Shown here in pieces: positions 24,627-38,549 of a stretch of 64,000 nt of DNA. Made by a program: the position numbers and the translations under genes. The stretch is from Eledone cirrhosa (Eukaryota), in NCBI GenBank assembly GCA_964016885.1, contig OZ024743.1:101742001-101806000 (forward strand), in the 5' to 3' direction. Under the pieces are notes generated by a model. The model was given only the letters and a program-made list of their open reading frames with translations. It ran no database searches and was not told the DNA's origin. Position 1 is the first letter of the stretch. Each line of letters begins with the position of its first letter.

Positions 24627-24658
<32 letters not shown>

Positions 24659-24946
24659 ATATTATATATATATATATATATTATATATATATATATAATA
24701 TTATATATATATATATAATATTATATATATATATTATATATATATATATATATAATATTATATATATATATTATATATATATATATATATAATATTATAT
24801 ATATATATATATATATAATATTATATATATATATATATAATATTATATATATATATATATATAATATATAATATTATATATATATATTATATATATATAT
24901 ATATAATATTATATATATATACATATATATATATAATATTATATAT

Positions 24947-24994
<48 letters not shown>

Positions 24995-25001
24995 TATATA
25001 T

Positions 25002-25043
<42 letters not shown>

Positions 25044-25103
25044 TATATATATATATAATATTATATATATATATATATATAATATTATATATATATATAT
25101 ATA

Positions 25104-25157
<54 letters not shown>

Positions 25158-25260
25158 TATATATATATATAATATTATATATATATATATATATATTATA
25201 TATAATATTATATATATATATATATATTGGAATAAATGCTCTGAAATAGCGATATATATG

Positions 25261-25553
25261 TGAAGATAGACATAGAATATTCGAAAATATTCTGTATGTT
25301 TATAATAAACATTTTGAAGACCTAATCGCTATAGAATAGAATACGTCACGTATTACAATTAGATTCTCGATAAAAGCACTGGATATGTAATCCTGAAGAT
25401 TTCTAATAAGAATGAAACGCGTAGGTTACTTCCCTTGCTTTTATCGTGAATCTAATTGTAATACGTGACGTATTCTATTCTATAGCGATTAGGTCTTCAA
25501 AATGTTTATTATAAACATACAGAATATTTTCGAATATTCTATGTCTATCTTCA
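25261..25553 (+). mobile_element. Fold-back element: 118-bp inverted arms with a hammerhead in the 57-nt loop
   Basis: 25261-25378 is the reverse complement of 25436-25553 (1 mismatch seen); the loop holds the HHR at 25387-25429. Confidence 0.85.
25387..25429 (+). ncRNA. Type I minimal hammerhead ribozyme
   Basis: GTAATC-CTGAAGA-T-TTCT(aata)AGAA-T-GAAA-C(gc)G-TA^GGTTAC; palindromic stem III ACGCGU; weak stem II. Confidence 0.72.
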
Positions 25554-25821
25554 TATATATATATATTATATATAATATTATATATATATATATATAATAT
25601 TATATATATATATATATTATATATAATATTATATATATATATATATAATATTATATATTATATATATATATATATTATATATAATATTATATATATATAT
25701 ATATAATATTATATATATATATATATATAATATTATATATATATATATAATATTATATATTATATATATATATAATATTATATATTATATATATATATAA
25801 TATTATATATATATATATATA

Positions 25822-25861
<40 letters not shown>

Positions 25862-25883
25862 TATATATATATATATATAATAT

Positions 25884-25936
<53 letters not shown>

Positions 25937-25956
25937 TATATATATATATATATATA

Positions 25957-26026
<70 letters not shown>

Positions 26027-26027
26027 T

Positions 26028-26127
<100 letters not shown>

Positions 26128-26363
26128 TATATATATATATATTATATATAATATTATATATATATATATATAATATTATATATATATATATATTATATAT
26201 AATATTATATATATATATATATAATATTATATATATATATATATTATATATATATATATATATAATATTATATATATATATATATATTATATATAATATT
26301 ATATATATATATATATATATAATAATATATATATATATATATTATATTATATATATATATATA

Positions 26364-26402
<39 letters not shown>

Positions 26403-26406
26403 ATAT

Positions 26407-26446
<40 letters not shown>

Positions 26447-26497
26447 TATATATATATATATATATTATATATAATATTATATATATATATATATATA

Positions 26498-26543
<46 letters not shown>

Positions 26544-26610
26544 TATATATATATATATAATATTATATATTATATATATATATAATATTATATATATATA
26601 TATTTATATA

Positions 26611-26650
<40 letters not shown>

Positions 26651-26653
<3 letters not shown>

Positions 26654-26788
26654 GTTTCTACTATTGGCACAAGGCCAGCAATTACCCAGTGCATTACTGA
26701 TACTTTATTTTATCGACCCTGTAAGGATGAAAGGCAAAGTTAACCTCGGCGGGATTTGAACTCAGAATGGAAAGGGCCGTAACTCTCT
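26651..26788 (-). mobile_element. 5'-truncated SINE inside the satellite (duplicate at 28544-28680)
   Basis: Same SINE body as 18313-19738; the two copies appear identical. Confidence 0.88.
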
Positions 26789-27219
26789 ATATATATAATA
26801 TTATATATATATATATAATATATATATAATATTATATATATATATAATATTATATATATATATAATATTATATATATATATATATATATATAATATTATA
26901 TATATATATATATATATATAATATTATATATATATACATATATAATATTATATATATATATATATAATATTATATATATATACATATATAATATTATATA
27001 TATATATATATATATATAATATTATATATATATATATATATATATAATATTATATATATATATATATATATATAATATTATATATATATATATATATATA
27101 TAATATTATATATATATATATATATATATAATATTATATATATATATATATATATTATATATAATATTATATATATATATATATATTGGAATAAATGCTC
27201 TGAAATAGCGATATATATG

Positions 27220-27511
27220 TGAAGATAGACATAGAATATTCGAAATATTCTGTATGTTTATAATAAACATTTCTAAGACCTAATCGCTATAGAATATAAT
27301 ACGTCACGTATTACAATTAGATTCTCGATAAAAGCACTGGATATGTAATCCTGAAGATTTCTAATAAGAATGAAACGCGTAGGTTACTTCCCTTGCTTTT
27401 ATCGAGAATCTAATTGTAATACGTGACGTATTCTATTCTATAGCGATTAGGTCTTCAAAATGTTTATTATAAACATACAGAATATTTTTGAATATTCTAT
27501 GTCTATCTTCA
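27220..27511 (+). mobile_element. Second copy of the HHR-in-loop fold-back element (HHR at 27345-27387)
   Basis: Near-identical to 25261-25553. Confidence 0.85.
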
Positions 27512-27887
27512 TATATATATATATTATATATAATATTATATATATATATATATAATATTATATATTATATATATATATATATATTATATATAATATTATA
27601 TATATATATATATAATATTATATATATATTTATATAATATTATATATATATATAATATTATATATTATATATATATATAATATTATATATATATATAATA
27701 TTATATATTATATATATATATAATATTATATATATATATATATATATAATATTATATATATATATATATAATATTATATATATATATAATATTATATATT
27801 ATATATATATATAATATTATATATATATATATATATATAATATTATATATATATATATATATATAATATTATATATATATATATATA

Positions 27888-27925
<38 letters not shown>

Positions 27926-28176
27926 TATATTATATATATATATAATATTATATATTATATATATATATAATATTATATATTATATATATATATAATATTA
28001 TATATATATATATATAATATTATATATATATATATATATATAATATTATATATATATATATATTATAGATATATATATATATTATATATAATATTATATA
28101 TATATATATATAATATTATATATATATATATATATATAATATTATATATATATATATATATATAATATTATATATA

Positions 28177-28214
<38 letters not shown>

Positions 28215-28237
28215 TATATATATATATATATTATATA

Positions 28238-28312
<75 letters not shown>

Positions 28313-28458
28313 ATATTATATATATATATATATATATTATATATAATATTATATATATATATATATATAATATTATATATATATATATTATATAATATTA
28401 TATATATATATATATAATATTATATATTATATATATATATAATATTATAATATATATA

Positions 28459-28545
<87 letters not shown>

Positions 28546-29293
28546 GTTTCTACTATTGGCACAAGGCCAGCAATTACCCAGTGCATTACTGATACTTTAT
28601 TTTATCGACCCTGTAAGGATGAAAGGCAAAGTTAACCTCGGCGGGATTTGAACTCAGAATGGAAAGGGCCGTAACTCTCTATATATATAATATTATATAT
28701 ATATATATATAATATTATATATATATATATATATATAATATTATATATATATATATATATATATAATATTATATATATATATATATAATATTATATATAT
28801 ATATATATATAATATTATATATATATATATATATATAATATTATATATATATACTATATATAATATTATATATATATATATATATATAATATTATATATA
28901 TATATATATATATATAATATTATATATATATATATATATAATATTATATATATATATATATATATATAATATTATATATATATATATAATATTATATATA
29001 TATATATATATATAATATTATATATATATATTATATATATATATATATATATAATATTATATATATATATATATATATAATATTATATATATATATATAT
29101 ATATAATATTATATATATATATATATATAATATTATATATATATATATATATATAATATTATATATATATATATATATAATATTATATATATATATATAT
29201 ATAATATTATATATATATATATATATAATATTATATATATATATATATAATATTATATATATATATATATAATATTATATATATATATATATA

Positions 29294-29403
<110 letters not shown>

Positions 29404-29408
29404 TATAT

Positions 29409-29441
<33 letters not shown>

Positions 29442-29629
29442 ATATTATATATATATATATATATAATATTATATATATATATATATATAATATTATATAT
29501 ATATATATATATAATATTATATATATATATATATATAATATTATATATATATATATATAATATTATATATATATATATATATAATATTATATATATATAT
29601 ATATATAATATTATATATATATATATATA

Positions 29630-29693
<64 letters not shown>

Positions 29694-29718
29694 ATATATA
29701 ATATTATATATATATATA

Positions 29719-29756
<38 letters not shown>

Positions 29757-30038
29757 TATATATATATATATATAATATTATATATATATATATAATATTA
29801 TATATATATATATATATAATATTATATATACATATATATATATATATATGAAATATATATATATATATATATATATATTTATTAAAATAACAGATTAAAG
29901 TTTAACCAAAGAATCGCTGCTTTCACTCTTAACGGGATCTTCTGAAACTAACAAAGTCAATCTGTAAACGCAGAAGTGGATATTTAAAAAAACGTTGCAA
30001 CTGAGGAAGACAGGAAGACTATACTTTGGTTCGTGGAA

Positions 30039-30305
30039 ACGTTCGCTGGCAAAGAAAGGGAAAAAACGAACATAATACGTCATTAATAGGAGCGGTGAAA
30101 AACAATTACGCGCAAAGACAGAACCACGTTTATGGTATAAAAGAGGTCGAAGACTAATGTTCTCTTAGGTGGTTCATAGAGACGTTCTCTGGCAATGAAC
30201 GAAAAAAAAACGAAGATAATACGTCATATGTGGTGCGTGGAGAACAATAGAACGCAAAGACAAAACCACGTAAATGGTATAGAAGAAGTCGTAGACTAAA
30301 ATTCT
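30039..30305. repeat. Degenerate tandem repeat of about 143 bp, about 2 copies
   Basis: ACGTTCxCTGGCAAxGAA..ATAATACGTCAT..CGCAAAGACAxAACCACGT..ATGGTATA..GTCGxAGACTAA at 30039 and 30182. Confidence 0.7.
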
Positions 30306-30848
30306 AACTAGGAGACCGAATGAATCTCCGCTACAGAGTTAAGAAAAAAGTAAATAAATACAATACAGAAATAATAGAAATAAATAAATACATACACGCA
30401 AACAAATACGTACATACACAAGCATACGCAAAACACTTACCATAGGTATACAAAACCACGCACATATAAATATGTGTGTGTAAGCGTGTATACAAATAAA
30501 TAAATAATTATATAAACGTATATGAATAAATAAATACGTATATAACAAGCGCACACACATACCTACATGTAAATACACGAATGTTCGGAGACGTAAGTCA
30601 ACCCAAACATGAAGTACACATATACACACACCCTACATACGTACGAACCTGCATACTCATACAGGCGCAAAACTCCCGTATACACATAGCCAAACCATAT
30701 GTACCAGAATATATAAAATTATACGCCATAACATAAACAATCCGTATATGTATTTTAATAAATATTTGCTCTACGGTTCTTATATATTTGATATATATTT
30801 ATCCCTATCGAGCCCTCTTTGGATTTTAGTCTTCAAATTTATTATTAT

Positions 30849-30886
<38 letters not shown>

Positions 30887-30892
30887 ACGGAA

Positions 30893-30990
30893 AAAATGAA
30901 ACGAAATTTCATTTCTCACTCTTAGTATTGCTGTTACTTAAATATAAGTATGTATACGTACATACATATATGTATACAGACGTACAGTAG

Positions 30991-31044
<54 letters not shown>

Positions 31045-31170
31045 CATGCACACATATATATGTGAATTCATACGTACATATATATATATGTGTGCATGTA
31101 TGTATATATATATATATACATACTACTGTACGTCTGTATACATGTATGTATGTACGTATACATACTTATA
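30893..31170. repeat. Fragment of the 21837 repeat family plus a local inverted copy
   Basis: AAATGAAACGAAATTTCATTTCTCACTCTTAGTA..CAGACGTACAGTAG matches 22348-22449; about 30945-30995 is inverted at about 31119-31170. Confidence 0.7.
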
Positions 31171-31172
31171 TA

Positions 31173-31217
<45 letters not shown>

Positions 31218-31289
31218 GATATATATATATATATCATATAAATATATATATATATATATTTATATATATATGATATATATATATATATC

Positions 31290-31345
<56 letters not shown>

Positions 31346-31659
31346 CCATCTATCTCTATCTATCTCTATATCGTTTGAAAATAGATTTAGACAAAAACAA
31401 AACAAAACTTACGTGTATAGAATCATGACGAAAAGAGCCAGTTCGACTTGGAGAGGAGGGATAGAGAGATAGAGGAGAGATAGATAGAGAGAGAGAGAGA
31501 GGGAGAGAGAGAGAGAGAGAGAGAACATTTTGGTTGGTTTCAACTGCCACAACAGGAATGTGTGGAAGACAGCAAGACGAAAGAACGACACAATAGTCAC
31601 ATGAGAGGAAAGAAGATATTTCACGGTAAATAGTCATCTGAACAAAAGAAATTGAGGGG

Positions 31660-33700
31660 AACAACGTGCGTCACGGGTGATATTACATGAGAGGGAATAT
31701 AAAGAGATATAACCAAAGGATAAAGCACCATATACAAAATAAACTGTTCTAGATTGATCAGAAAAGTTTTTATTAGGAAATCAATGGAAAAGATAAACGA
31801 GCAAAGAAAGTGTTATACCAAACGCAGAAAAGAATCAGGCATTCTGGAATAAGATATGGAGTAAGGAAGACGTGCATGATGTTCATGTAGAATAGCTGAG
31901 AAATTTGAAACATTCTGCGTCTTGCTCACAACAGGAAGAAAAACGAATCATTGAAGAAAGTATCCGACAGATAAACAGAAAAATGAGTAATTGTATAATA
32001 TCTGGGCCCGAAGATGTCCAGGGGTATTTGTTAAAGAAGTTGGTGGCTGGTATAATATTATTGCAGAGCAGCTTGGTGCAGTTATTAATGGAAATAAGGA
32101 GATTCCCCAGTGGTTCATAAGTGAGAGAAGGATTTTATGTTTCCGAAAGAAATGGTGTAGTTAACTATTGACTAATACCATGCCTCCCACTAATGTGGAA
32201 ACTTCTTACAGTCATACTAGCTGGTGAATTGTGCACATGTTTTAGTGAGAATGAAATCCTCCAATGGAACACAAAGGCTGTAAGTGAAAGTGATGTGACG
32301 CCAAGGATCAGCTGCTCATTGATAAAATGATGACAAATTATAGGCGAAGAAAGACCAATTTAGGTATGTTATGGATTGATTAGAGAAAGACATATGACAT
32401 GATATCCTATTTGTTGTTCATTGAGTGCCTGAACATGTTTGGGATATTGAGGAATACTGAGAGATTTCCGAGAAAATGCATGAGAAGTTGGAAAACTGAA
32501 CTCACGTCATATTGACAGAGACTAGGAGTGCTGAGGTACATGAGAGGAATTTTCGAGGGGACAGATTGTCTCCCTTGCTGTTTGAAGTGTGCATGATTCC
32601 CTTAATATTGTTGCTTGAAAACCGGACATGAATTTAAAAGAAAACAGCGGAAGATCAACCATTTATTATTTACGGATGGTTTTAAGCTGTGCGGTATAGT
32701 GAAGCCCGAATTAGTCCAGTACTGAACCCATTTCATTGCCTCACTTCTGACATTAGAATGGAATTTTAACTTTAAAAGTGTAGGATATTGGTCTTGAAAA
32801 TAGGAAAAATGCATAACATGGAAGGTATAGAATTTCTTTCATTAGAAACGATGACGAGAATGTACATATATACTTGAAGATAGTTGAGATAGGTGAGTTT
32901 ATGGAGGTAGAAATGGGAAACGTCTTTATTCAAGAGTTTGTTCAAAACTATGACTGGTGGTGCTATAAAAATTGAATGAGAGGAAGAAGTTTCAAGCAAA
33001 TAATATTTGGGCAATTGGATTATTGCGGTATGGTGCTGGTGTCCTTAACTCGATAAAGGAATTGCAATTGCTGGACAAGAAAACTAGAAAATTCCTCACA
33101 ATGCATGGTTCATTTCACCAAAAAAGCTATGTTGATTGGCTGTACTTACAGAGATATAAAGTGGGAGAGGACTGTCAAGTTGTGAAGGTTGTGTGAGTTC
33201 AGAGGAAAACGGTCTGGTATGGTACATAAAATATGCAATAGAGCCGCCACAGTTAATTCAGGTTAAAAAGTCTGATATTGTTGGTGCATATGATAGTGAG
33301 GAAAAGGAAGAATTGAAAAAGAAGGAACATGAAAGTAGATGGAAAGAAAAGAAGATGCATGGTTAATTTGCAAAACACGTTAGCAGAAAAACAGATATGA
33401 ATTGGTGGTGGAAGTGACTAGAAAACAGAAAATGAAGCACTGACTTATGCAGCACAGGAGCAAGCACTGAAGACAAACTATGTTAAGTAAAACAGATCAT
33501 ACAGGTGATAAGTGCAAGATGTGCGGCGAAAAACGAAAAGCAGTCTGGCATAGAAAACTGGAACACTATGGCAATTTAAAATGGAAATTATATAAGTTGT
33601 GGACAATGAAGGAAGTGGAGGTTATTCCCATTGTTGTAGGTGAATAAATATTGAACGTTTTAACGTCAATTTGATGAGTGGATGTTAAAAAAAAAAAGCA
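31660..33700 (+). pseudogene. Heavily degenerate R4/Dong-like non-LTR retrotransposon (RT region to zinc knuckle)
   Basis: Remnants in shifting frames: GPEDVQGYLLKKL, CLPLMWKLLT, KDQLLIDK, WID*RKTYDMI, GIFEGD, INHLLFTDGFKL, WAIGLLRYGAGV, LDKKTRKFLTMHG, YAAQEQALKTNY, CKMCGEK. Confidence 0.85.
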
Positions 33701-33789
33701 CTCTTAGCAAACGTTTGTGCCTTTTTTGTTCTCTGGCATTTTATGGGTTTCTCTCCTCTACATTGCGAGATAGGTAGGTCCCTGTATCT

Positions 33790-34700
33790 GAGAAATTGTG
33801 TGAGTGTCTATACGTGTGTATGTATTTGAAGGAATGGGGGAGAGAGGGAGAGCTGGGCTGGGAGACACACTGGGTGGGTATGGTGATGGTTTTCTCTTCT
33901 ATTGTTTTTCTTGTTGACATTCGTGGTGATGATGTTTGTATTACTGTTGTTGTTGATAGCGCTGTTGCTGCCGCTGCTGCTGCAAGATTTGGATCTACTC
34001 GCGCTGCTGTTGGTAATGCTGCCGCTGTTGGTTTTGTTTGCCGTTGTTGTTGTTGTAGGTGTTTTTTTTTGGGGGGGGGGTTGCTGTTGGTAGCGAGGAA
34101 GCTTTGCCATTCCATAAGTTCTGTTGAGGACAGAAAACAATCAAGTGGTTAGCATTACGACACAGTTGGCAGTGAGGATTCCTTCTCTCAAATACAGAAT
34201 ATAGGTTGACCCCCACCATGTAGGCGAATGAGGTCTGAAACCCTATTTAGCTTTTCTGGTTTGATATAGAGAAGCACCTTTAAACTGATCCCAGATCAGT
34301 TATCCCACCGAGTTCCCTTTACGTCCAAGAGGGGTCACTCCTCTCCAGGATATCCAAAAGATATCCAACTGAGGAAGGAAGGATCCCAGAGATCCTGGTT
34401 TTTACTGTTCTTTTCCCTAAATACAAAGGGAAAACAATATATTCGCCACTTCGAGAAGGTACCACACGGCGGCTTCGCTTTTAAAAAGCACTGGCATACC
34501 ATGAACTGCCTTGCTCCTGCGACATGTTTTGTGTAGGGCATTATCAACCTCAGCGTTCATTCTACTCGTGCGCGTGATGATGTTTCTGGTCGTCACGTCT
34601 TTCTTGAGACACACCGTTAAATTAGAGTCTTTTTGGCAGTTACTGCCAACACCTCGGATGGGCCAGATACATCAGCCCATGATTTGTTCATTTTGATCGA
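33790..34700 (-). pseudogene. Degenerate LINE ORF1 (gag-like) with CCHC zinc knuckle, probably Tx1/L1 type
   Basis: ORF 33995-34219 contains CQLCRNANHLIVFC (CX2CX4HX4C), followed by a Q/P/T/N low-complexity tail. Confidence 0.55.
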
Positions 34701-35189
34701 TTGGTCCGCTTGTGCTAAACATGTGTATTCATCTATACCATTCATATCAAAACGTTCTGCTGCTTTTGTAGCCGTTGATGCAAAGTATTTTCGTTTTTGT
34801 TATTGTTGTTGCTTTTCATATGGTGTTTGTTAATTACGTTGTTGATATTGTTTTTATTGCACTTGTGTTATCGTTATTGCACCTGTCACTGTTGTTTTTG
34901 TTTCTGTTATATTTCTTGTTGTTGTAGTGGTACTGTTGCTGTTGTGGGTGATGGTGCTGGTGCTAGTGTTGTTGGTGTTTTTGAGTGTTTAATTTTTATT
35001 GTTCTGTAGTTTGTGGTGGCAGGGATAGTGCAGAAATTTGTAATGCTGGGAAATTCTTTCTGTATTCTTAACTTTCCTCACGTCTATCGTATTATTATTG
35101 TTTCTTTGCCCAGCTTCTAACGCTGGAGATGTATTACAGTGTTAGCTGTTCACTACCAGTTAACTGAGCTAAACGTATTATTATTATCA

Positions 35190-35690
35190 TTGGCAGTATC
35201 GGTAGAGTTTCGGCCCTTTACAGTCTGAGTTCAAATCCTGCTGCGGTTAACTTTGCTTTTCATCCTTATGGGGTCGATAAAATAAAGCACCAGTAATGTA
35301 CTGGGGTTGATTTAATCGACTTTCCCCACCCCCCAAATTACTGGCCTTGTGCCTATACTAGAAATCATTACAAATTACTGGCCTTTTGCCGATACCTGAA
35401 ATCATTATTAGAGTTACGGCCCTTTATGGTTTGAGTTCAAATCCCGCCGAGGTAATTGCTGGCCTTGTGCCAAAAGTAGAAACAATTATTATTATTATCG
35501 GTGGATTGGCAGTATCGGTAGAGGATCGGACGCCATGTTTTGCAGCATAGAGTTACGACCCTTTACGGCCTAAGTTCAAATCCCGCCGAGGTTAACTTTG
35601 CCTTTCATCCTTACGGGGTCGATAAAAATAAAGTACCAGTAATGCACTGGGGTAATTGCTGGCCTTGTGCCTAAAGTAGAAACAATTATT
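35190..35690 (+). mobile_element. Cluster of about 3 tRNA-derived SINE copies and fragments
   Basis: TGGCAGTATCGGTAGAG..GTTCAAATCC..CTTTCATCCTTACGGGGTCGATAAAATAAAG..GGCCTTGTGCC, with (ATT)n tails. Confidence 0.88.
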
Positions 35691-36039
35691 ATTATGATTA
35701 GTAGTAGTAGTAGTAAAAATAGTTTTTGTTGTCGCCTGCAGTGGTTGAACTGGGCTGTTCCATTCCGTGGACAGCCGGGCAATCTTTTCTGTGGATAATA
35801 TTTCTTCACCTACCCTGTTTTTTCAAAACAGAACTGGGTGGCGTCTTTCAAAATAAATGCAGATTTAGCCCTAAGAGCTTAGCGACAGAGAATTATCAAT
35901 CAGATCACCAGGGACTTGGTCGGAATAACCACAAAAGAATATGAAGTTCCAGCAAAGTGTTTTTTTATATTATTGTGAATGAACAAAAATCTTACGGAGC
36001 GGTTTATACACAGGCGTCGAGAACAAATAAACAAACAAA

Positions 36040-36112
36040 CTACAACAGCAGCAGCAACAACAACAACAACAACAACAGCAGCAGCAACAACGACAACAAC
36101 AATAATAATAAT
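36040..36112. repeat. (CAA/CAG/AAT)n trinucleotide repeat
   Basis: Read directly. Confidence 0.9.
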
Positions 36113-37253
36113 TTAAACAGGGCAAAAGAAAGACAAAACAAACACAAATTAGTTCCAGTATCTGGATACATTGATGCGTTCACCATTTTGTACAAAAGTG
36201 TGTCTACATGAAAAAAGTTGACGTTACATGAATCTATGGCAAAAGACCTTGATCAGATAAGAGTACAAAAAATAATTCCAATATTTCATATGAAAAAAAT
36301 TAATTATATCTAAAGAGATTAATTAATGAATTTCGTTTCCAGGTATAGCAAATACAGAAATAATACATATTAATCAGTTTAAAAAAAACAAAATAGAATA
36401 TATGAACAAATAAAATGCGTAAATAACTAAGAAGAACAAATATTCTTTTTAGACTGGAGATAGTTTCGTACACAACCAATTAGCCATTATATGTATTATA
36501 AATTAATTTTGTGTGTACGTCATTACAGTCAAAACTTTCAATTACTAACACAAACTGGGAAAATTGCGCAAAGAGTTGAGATAATTTTTGTTATGGCCAA
36601 TATTTCACACGAATACCTGAAGTCATTTATAGACACAGTAGCTAGTACATGCGAGGTCTACAGCGATGGAGAAAACAAAACGAACATATACATATACAAA
36701 TACTAATAGTACTAGTTGTAGTAAACGGCAATTTGACAGTGTTGATAGAACGTCAGATAGAATACTCACAGTATTCATTCCGGCTCTCTATACTTTGAGT
36801 TCAAAACCCACTGAAGTCAACCTTGCCTTTCATTCTTTCGACTTATAAAAATCATGTAGTACTTCAATACTACGGTCAATTCTTCATTTATATCTCTTTC
36901 TAATTTCTTCTCTATCACCTTCCTTGTCCTTCTATGGAAGAAATCAAATGTGTTCAGGTCTAGAGATGGAAAATGCATAATTTCCACCAGGTTTTAAATT
37001 CCAAAGACATGATATATGCTATTACGGTGCCCCTACAACTTCATCAGGAGTTACAGGTTCATACATACATATAGTTGTAGTAGTAGGGCATTCGTTGTTT
37101 TCGGCGACAAGTTTTACAGTTGAACTGATCAATGAAATAGCTTTGACGAACGAGCAAGCTGAACATTTCACAAACACATATATCCTTAACGGAGTACTGA
37201 AGGAGACTTAGCACTACACAGTGTGTGTGTGTGTGTGTGTGTGAGTGTGTGCA

Positions 37254-37284
<31 letters not shown>

Positions 37285-38549
37285 AAGCATGACAAGGCTG
37301 GCTCTTTAAATTACAGTTATAACTCATTTTTAGCCAGCTAAGTGGACTCGAGCAGCGCGAAATAAAGTGTCTTACTCAAACACAAAACCTTTCTGCCCTA
37401 AGAAGAATGTCCTAACCACAAAGGCATTTTCTTTCACAAACACACACACACACACACACACATACATAACCACCCTCTCTATTCGCCACACGTACGCACT
37501 CAGATATTTGCATACAAAACAAAATACGACTTAAATATAAATAGAAACAGATTATTTCAAATATATTTCAACTATAATTTATGATAACGCCTAAACATTA
37601 CTGGATATCAGAAAGTAAATGAGTAATACCTAGTTAACTGTAAGATGTGGCGAGTTTCACACCTGTGGGTGGTCAACTCTGTGCCGATAGTGGTGAGTAG
37701 GAAGGTGGCCCTAGAGCCAAGGACACCAGAAGTCACCACCGGATTAATAAACAATATTGGAAATATATGCATTTTTTTTTATTCTTCAACTATATTTACT
37801 ATTGCGACTGATGTTTAAAATGACTACGAAAGATTACGCATTTTAATCAATCAGATTGCTCTTCTTATTTCATTGAAAGAGCTACTGCATCTGCTTATTT
37901 ATAAAGACAATACATCGGGATGTTATTGAAAGTGCTTCTTGTTAGTGACTTAAATGTTTTGAAATCGATTAATATGCATTGGCAAAATGATGGAAGATTC
38001 GAATTTGAAGTGACTAAGAAATTCGTCTGTATTTAAGCAATCGAACATAAAGGACAATGGCTTCAACGAAGGGTATTTAATTCATTTTTATTAGCTATAA
38101 GATCCATGTGTATAGGGGAGTGACAGACTGGATTAAGTCATTCATAGTCAACGTATTACTGGCACCGTGAAACTGAAAAACAAAGAAGCGACGAGAAAAT
38201 CTCTACCATGTCACATTATCTGCTAGAAATTACTCACTGTCTTTTTTGTGATGGTGATGGTGGTGACATAATAAATAATGTAGTGAATTATCTAAAGAAA
38301 TAAAAGATGATTACAGCTGGAATGGTCGGTTGGGGCGAATTGGCAGAGCTGTTAGAACGTCGGATAGAATGCTGTGTGTTATTCGTTCGATCTCTCACGC
38401 CGCGGTCCATTTTGCTTTCTATTCTTTCCGCGTGTCCTAGCCATTTTAAACTTGACGGAACACACGCCTCTTTAGGTCTTATCAAACCAGATTCCTTTCA
38501 GAGAACGGAATAGGGTGTGAGAGAGGAAAGTGAGAAAGTGATATCATCG

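Noticed and set aside
29905-29955. Minus-strand CAGAAGA-TCCCGTTAAGAGT-GAAA-GCAGCGA, a possible decayed hammerhead
   Set aside because: Core U4 and the NUH triplet are missing, and there is no convincing stem I.
37035-37060. Isolated CTGATGA matches on the minus strand here and at about 16760, 19120, 55013 and 63732
   Set aside because: No correctly spaced GAAA or stems; several lie in SINE or LINE sequence.
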